NCBI GenBank assembly: GCA_002502215.1
Contig: DAPT01000102.1
Span: 1-53,792, forward strand
DNA length: 53,792 nt
Direction: 5' to 3'
Source of the DNA: Euryarchaeota archaeon UBA124
GTDB lineage: Archaea; Thermoplasmatota; Poseidoniia; Poseidoniales; Poseidoniaceae
Shown here one piece after another: positions 50,131 through 53,792 of the stretch. Numbering within the stretch: position 1 is the first letter of the stretch; the number at the start of each line of letters is the position of its first letter. The notes beneath the pieces are model-generated. The model had not been told where the DNA came from. It worked only from the letters and a program-made list of their open reading frames with translations, and did not search any database. The translations under genes and the position numbers were made by a program.

Positions 50131-52173
50131 TCAAGCCGCTTTGGCTTGTTCGATTTTCGCATCGTTGGCTTTGATCTGCTCCCAAACCAATTCTGCAATA
50201 TCTTTCACTTCCATTTCCGCATCGATGGCCGATAAACCATCGGTGACCATCGTCGAGCAGAACGGACAACCAACTGCAACGGTGTCTGCTCCTGTGGAAG
50301 CAAGTTCTTTTGCGCGAATAATGTTGACACGATCGTTGCCTTCAGGAACATGTTCCTCCATCCACATCTGTGCGCCACCCGCTCCACAGCAAAATGAACC
50401 ACGGCCGTGACGTTCGGGTTCCACATCGACCCCACCAATAGCGTCTCTTGGAGCATCGTATTCTCCGCCAATTCGACCGAGATAACACGGGTCGTGATAG
50501 GTCACAGATCCATCGTGCTTTGGTTCTGGTAGTTTCCCCTCGTGTTGCAGGTGGGAAATCAGTTGCGAATGATGCATGACCTCGATGTCCTCGCCACCGT
50601 AGTCCTTGTACTCCTTACCAAGCGTATGGAAACAATGTGGACAGGAAGCGACAACTTTCTTGACGCCAAGTTCATTGAACGTCTCCAAGTTTGTTTCAGC
50701 AAGCATCTGGAACAAATACTCGTTACCAGCACGACGAGCAGCATCGCCGCTGCATCCTTCCTGCATTCCAAGTATACCGACATCGAGGCCTGCTTCTTTC
50801 ATGATGGAGATTGTGTCTCTAGCAACCTTCTTGTTACGTTCATCGAACGAGGCCGCACAACCTGCGAAATAGATGTACTCAGCGGGTTCAGAGACCTTCA
50901 CATCAAGATCTGCAGCCCAATCTCCACGCTCGTGAGAAGGCAGACCGTAGGGGTTTGAGTCCGATTCGAGATTTTCAATTGTCGCCATCAACGGCATGAT
51001 TGTGTCCTCAACCGCTTCATCAAATTCCATTCGTTCCATCATCAAGTGACGTCGAGCGTCGGTTAATTTTGGAACGTGTTCAATGTTGACCGGGCAGACG
51101 TCAACGCATGCATGGCACGTTGTGCAAGCCCAGATTGATTCCTCTCCAAATCGGGCAATGATGTCCTCTTCAGGGCTTTCTCCAGCAAACAGTTGTGAGG
51201 CATGATCGTTGGCATAATTTCGTACGTCATGAACGATTTGCATTGGATTCAGCGCTTTCCCACTGGCATAGGCTGGGCAAACGTCTTGGCATCGTGCGCA
51301 CGATGTGCAGGCCCAGCCATCGATGAGACTCCTCCATGTGAGTTGTGTGTAATTTGCAGCACCGAAGGATTCGATATCAAGTTCCTCTAAGGATACTGCA
51401 GAACCACTTTCATCGGTTGCAAGCGGTCGCATCTTCGCCATGGGTTGGGTATCATAGAAAGCCACGTTTGGCAATGCCATGACCAAATGCATGTGCTTGG
51501 AGAGAGGAATAAGGAACAGGAATGTGCAGATGGCAACCATGTGTGCCCAATATGCAGCGTTGACAATGGTTTGAGATGGGGCGAACGTATCAGCAACCCA
51601 TGCTCCGATCATTTCCCAAGTTGGGTGTGGGTTTTCACCAGCCTCGACAATGTAGGAGGTGGTGCAGATGGTCATGATAAGAAGAAGGATGACATTTCCT
51701 TCAAGTTGTGATTTGCCTTTCAGCTTCTCAGGTGTGAATAAAACTCGGCGGTTAAGAGCGAGGAAGCAACCGATGAGTGCGCTCGTGTAGCCGAGTTCAA
51801 CCATCCCGTTCCATATTCCATTCAAGGCCTCAGGTAGAATGTGTTCACTGAATCGATTTGCTGAAGCAAGATCAAGCATGTCCGAAGAAAGCATGAGGAA
51901 GCCCCAAAACATCAGGACGTGCATTGTGCCTGCAACCTTGTCTTCCAAGACTTTTCGTTGTCCGAGCCAAACTGTGAGGGTCTCTTTCATACGCTTCCCC
52001 CATGAATCAAAACGCTTGTCTGGAGCTCCAAGGAGGACCAATCGAGTTGCTTTCTGGACTTGGTAAGCGAAGAAAGTGATCGAGATACCACCAAGAACAA
52101 GAAGCAGGTAATACCCCTTGATTCCCGCGTAGGTAACGTCGAGCGGATGCTCCATCATGTACGACCCAAGCAT
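50131..52173 (-). CDS. Membrane-bound Fe-S oxidoreductase: NarI/HdrE-like membrane domain fused to an HdrD/GlpC-like module (two 4Fe-4S motifs, two CCG domains)
   Basis: N-terminal ~250 aa contains about five TM helices with conserved His (GTMHVLMFWGF, YWAHMVAI, SKHMHLV). Ferredoxin motifs CTSCARCQDVCP and CTTCHACVDVCP. Cys-rich CCG-type regions (FAGCAASF...; CPHCFHTL...SFCCGAGG...GCPFC). Start ATG 52173 or TTG 52179. Confidence 0.85.
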   Translation of the reverse strand: MLGSYMMEHPLDVTYAGIKGYYLLLVLGGISITFFAYQVQKATRLVLLGAPDKRFDSWGKRMKETLTVWLGQRKVLEDKVAGTMHVLMFWGFLMLSSDMLDLASANRFSEHILPEALNGIWNGMVELGYTSALIGCFLALNRRVLFTPEKLKGKSQLEGNVILLLIMTICTTSYIVEAGENPHPTWEMIGAWVADTFAPSQTIVNAAYWAHMVAICTFLFLIPLSKHMHLVMALPNVAFYDTQPMAKMRPLATDESGSAVSLEELDIESFGAANYTQLTWRSLIDGWACTSCARCQDVCPAYASGKALNPMQIVHDVRNYANDHASQLFAGESPEEDIIARFGEESIWACTTCHACVDVCPVNIEHVPKLTDARRHLMMERMEFDEAVEDTIMPLMATIENLESDSNPYGLPSHERGDWAADLDVKVSEPAEYIYFAGCAASFDERNKKVARDTISIMKEAGLDVGILGMQEGCSGDAARRAGNEYLFQMLAETNLETFNELGVKKVVASCPHCFHTLGKEYKDYGGEDIEVMHHSQLISHLQHEGKLPEPKHDGSVTYHDPCYLGRIGGEYDAPRDAIGGVDVEPERHGRGSFCCGAGGAQMWMEEHVPEGNDRVNIIRAKELASTGADTVAVGCPFCSTMVTDGLSAIDAEMEVKDIAELVWEQIKANDAKIEQAKAA

Positions 52174-52241
52174 GCGCAATCCTTCAACCCAACGATGTAA
52201 TCAATACCAATCCTAATGGTTTAGATACGCTTCGACAAGAC

Positions 52242-53222
52242 ATGGTCAAAGCAAGTGCCCCGGGAAAGTGCATCCTCTTCGGAGAGCATGCTGTTGTCTA
52301 TGGCCAGCCTGCTCTGGCATGCAGCATCGACCAACGGATGATTATTGAAATTGAAAGTGAAAAAACGTTCAATGCATGGCGAGTCGATGGCCGCACACTG
52401 GATGCGAAAAAGCATCCTCACATCGAGTATATTCGCACCCGATTACCTCCGCATGACGGGCAACCTATGCGCATACGTATCCGGGGTACCATACCAAAAG
52501 CCTCAGGACTCGGTTCATCAGCGGCCTTATCTGTCGCGCTGTGTGGTGCACTCCAACAAATTCGGGATGAACCGATCGACCCTCTACAGGCGAGTGTTTT
52601 GTCCCATCTTGCTGAGGCCGAAGCTCAGGGTGGTCGAGCGAGTCCAATGGACACTGCCACAAGTTCTCTCGGAGGTTTTGTTGTTCTATCGGATGCCATC
52701 GAAGAAAGTCTGGATTACATCGAAACAAGGACGATGGATGTGAACGGAGAAACTCGTCAATGGCATCTTCATACGTTTAATGCCCAGATACCAGAAGGTA
52801 TTGCGCTTGTTGTAGGAAACACCGGCGTTCGTGGTTCAACATCGGCCATGGTCAATCAAGTCGCACGACTCATCGAAAAGAGCCCAAAACGCAAGGTTGA
52901 ACTCGAAACCATCGGCGCCATCGCCAGAAGGGGGATTCAGTCACTGCAAGAGGGGGACATGGAGGCCGTGGGACGAGCAATGACGGAGAACCACATCGTT
53001 TTGCGTTCTCTGGGCGTTTCTTCACCAGAACTCGAACGGTTGATTCGAGCTGCTGCGCCATCAAGCCTCGGGGTAAAAATGACCGGTGCCGGAGGGGGAG
53101 GATGCATGATTGCGTTAACAAGAAATCCAGAACAAACCGTTGGAGCGATTGAAATGGAAGGTGGCAGAGCATTCATCAGTGAATTCAAGGCTGAAGGACT
53201 GAAAATTGAGAATGCAAATTGA
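52242..53222 (+). CDS. mvk: Mevalonate kinase
   Basis: PGKCILFGEHAVVYG, GHMP motif PKASGLGSSAALSVA and C-terminal KMTGAGGGGCMIAL. Confidence 0.95.
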   Translation: MVKASAPGKCILFGEHAVVYGQPALACSIDQRMIIEIESEKTFNAWRVDGRTLDAKKHPHIEYIRTRLPPHDGQPMRIRIRGTIPKASGLGSSAALSVALCGALQQIRDEPIDPLQASVLSHLAEAEAQGGRASPMDTATSSLGGFVVLSDAIEESLDYIETRTMDVNGETRQWHLHTFNAQIPEGIALVVGNTGVRGSTSAMVNQVARLIEKSPKRKVELETIGAIARRGIQSLQEGDMEAVGRAMTENHIVLRSLGVSSPELERLIRAAAPSSLGVKMTGAGGGGCMIALTRNPEQTVGAIEMEGGRAFISEFKAEGLKIENAN

Positions 53223-53264
53223 CGGCACATGCAGTACGATTTCTATATGATAGGAGGCCTTTCT

Positions 53265-53272
53265 TTTATATA
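53265..53272 (+). promoter_or_regulatory. TATA box of tbp (leaderless transcript predicted)
   Basis: TTTATATA lies within an AT-rich tract, exactly 22 nt before ATG 53295. That spacing would place the TSS at or next to the start codon. No SD lies in between. Confidence 0.6.
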
Positions 53273-53294
53273 TACGGTATAAAAGCCACAACCC

Positions 53295-53792
53295 ATGACC
53301 ACCGATGAAGAGCGTTTGACAGTCGTCAACGTAGTAGCAAGCACCCGCGTAGCAGAAGAACTCGACCTCCCAGACATCGCAATTCAACTGAACTGCGAGT
53401 ATGAGCCTGAGCAATTCCCGGGTGTTGTTTACCGAGTTACAGACCCCAAACTCGCCATTCTCATGTTCCGATCTGGACGTGCTGTGTGCACCGGAGGGAA
53501 AGACGAAGACAACATCCACACCGGTATCGATCGTATGATCAAGGACCTGCGTGCCGCTGGAATTACCACATGGGATTTGAAAGATGTCGAAATTGAGGTT
53601 CAAAACATGGTTGCGACCTACGCTCTTCATTACCCGGAAGATTACGACGGAAACGACAAGTTCACTGGAGCGCCACTTGCTGGTGAGCCTCGCAAGTTAA
53701 ACCTCAACAACCTCACATTCCACCTCCCTTTCGACAAGGTCGAATACGAGCCTGAGCAGTTCCCCGGATTGATTTATCGACTCGATTACCCC
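53295..53792 (+). CDS. tbp: TATA-box binding protein (3' end cut by window edge)
   Basis: Not in the ORF track because it has no stop inside the window. My translation from ATG 53295 is MTTDEERLTVVNVVAS...CEYEPEQFPGVVYRVTDPKLAILMFRSGRAVCTGGK...VQNMVAT...VEYEPEQFPGLIYRLDYP. It shows both TBP repeats with their EYEPEQFPG signatures. Confidence 0.93.
   Translation, partial: MTTDEERLTVVNVVASTRVAEELDLPDIAIQLNCEYEPEQFPGVVYRVTDPKLAILMFRSGRAVCTGGKDEDNIHTGIDRMIKDLRAAGITTWDLKDVEIEVQNMVATYALHYPEDYDGNDKFTGAPLAGEPRKLNLNNLTFHLPFDKVEYEPEQFPGLIYRLDYP

Noticed and set aside
52220-52227. TTTAGATA as the mvk TATA box
   Set aside because: Only 14 nt separate it from ATG 52242, versus 20-22 nt at the convincing leaderless promoters in this window. 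The TSS would fall inside the gene.
53115-53630. 171-aa minus-strand ORF spanning the mvk end, the spacer and the tbp start
   Set aside because: The plus strand here encodes the mvk C-terminus, a textbook TATA box and an unmistakable TBP. The minus ORF is an artefact.
1-53792. CRISPR arrays, IS elements/transposases, integrases, rRNA or tRNA genes, prophage or toxin-antitoxin/defence modules
   Set aside because: No spacer longer than about 140 nt exists, no direct-repeat arrays were seen, and no ORF shows transposase, integrase, Cas or restriction motifs. This rests on visual inspection only; a tRNAscan/Infernal run would be the formal check.

Overview
Archaeal chromosomal segment. Evidence: a TBP gene, a complete euryarchaeal-type archaellum (fla/arl) operon, mevalonate kinase and archaeal-style TATA boxes. 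The gene content mixes archaeal core genes with many bacterial-like accessory genes and giant surface proteins. That suggests a planktonic Thermoplasmatota / Marine-Group-II-like organism; this is inference, not proven.

The window is extremely gene dense. I call 42 CDS, spacers are mostly under 100 nt, and all seven convergent gene pairs abut or overlap. I saw no rRNA, tRNA, CRISPR array or IS element by eye.

Housekeeping content:
- Energy, cofactor and isoprenoid genes: H+/Na+-pyrophosphatase, NAD synthetase, mevalonate kinase.
- Translation: IleRS and CysRS.
- Redox: Grx, NifU-like, Bcp, Trx.
- DNA repair: PolX-PHP, Nth, MutY and a MutS-domain-V ATPase.

The most interesting region is a roughly 14-kb minus-strand gene chain (7694..22029). 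The archaellum genes run arlB1-arlB2-(arlD/E-like)-arlF-G-H-I-J. They are preceded by, and apparently translationally chained to, three uncharacterised genes:
- a small basic helical protein;
- a 1628-aa protein made of CARDB/NEW3-like beta-sandwich repeats, with five C-terminal TM helices;
- a cytoplasmic coiled-coil plus NEW3-like protein.

Other points:
- The archaellins are atypical: no N-glycosylation sequons, two conserved Cys, and Ala-Leu instead of Gly-Lys/Arg at the signal-peptidase site.
- RNA hairpins flank the archaellin gene pair.
- Stop codons fused to Shine-Dalgarno motifs (TGAGGTGA) recur at gene junctions.
- A fused aconitase-X gene is present.
- A second giant (1703 aa) surface protein has a Trp-rich cytoplasmic tail.
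- An amidohydrolase carrying a lamin-tail domain is membrane anchored.
- The TBP has a roughly 20-aa insertion in its second repeat.
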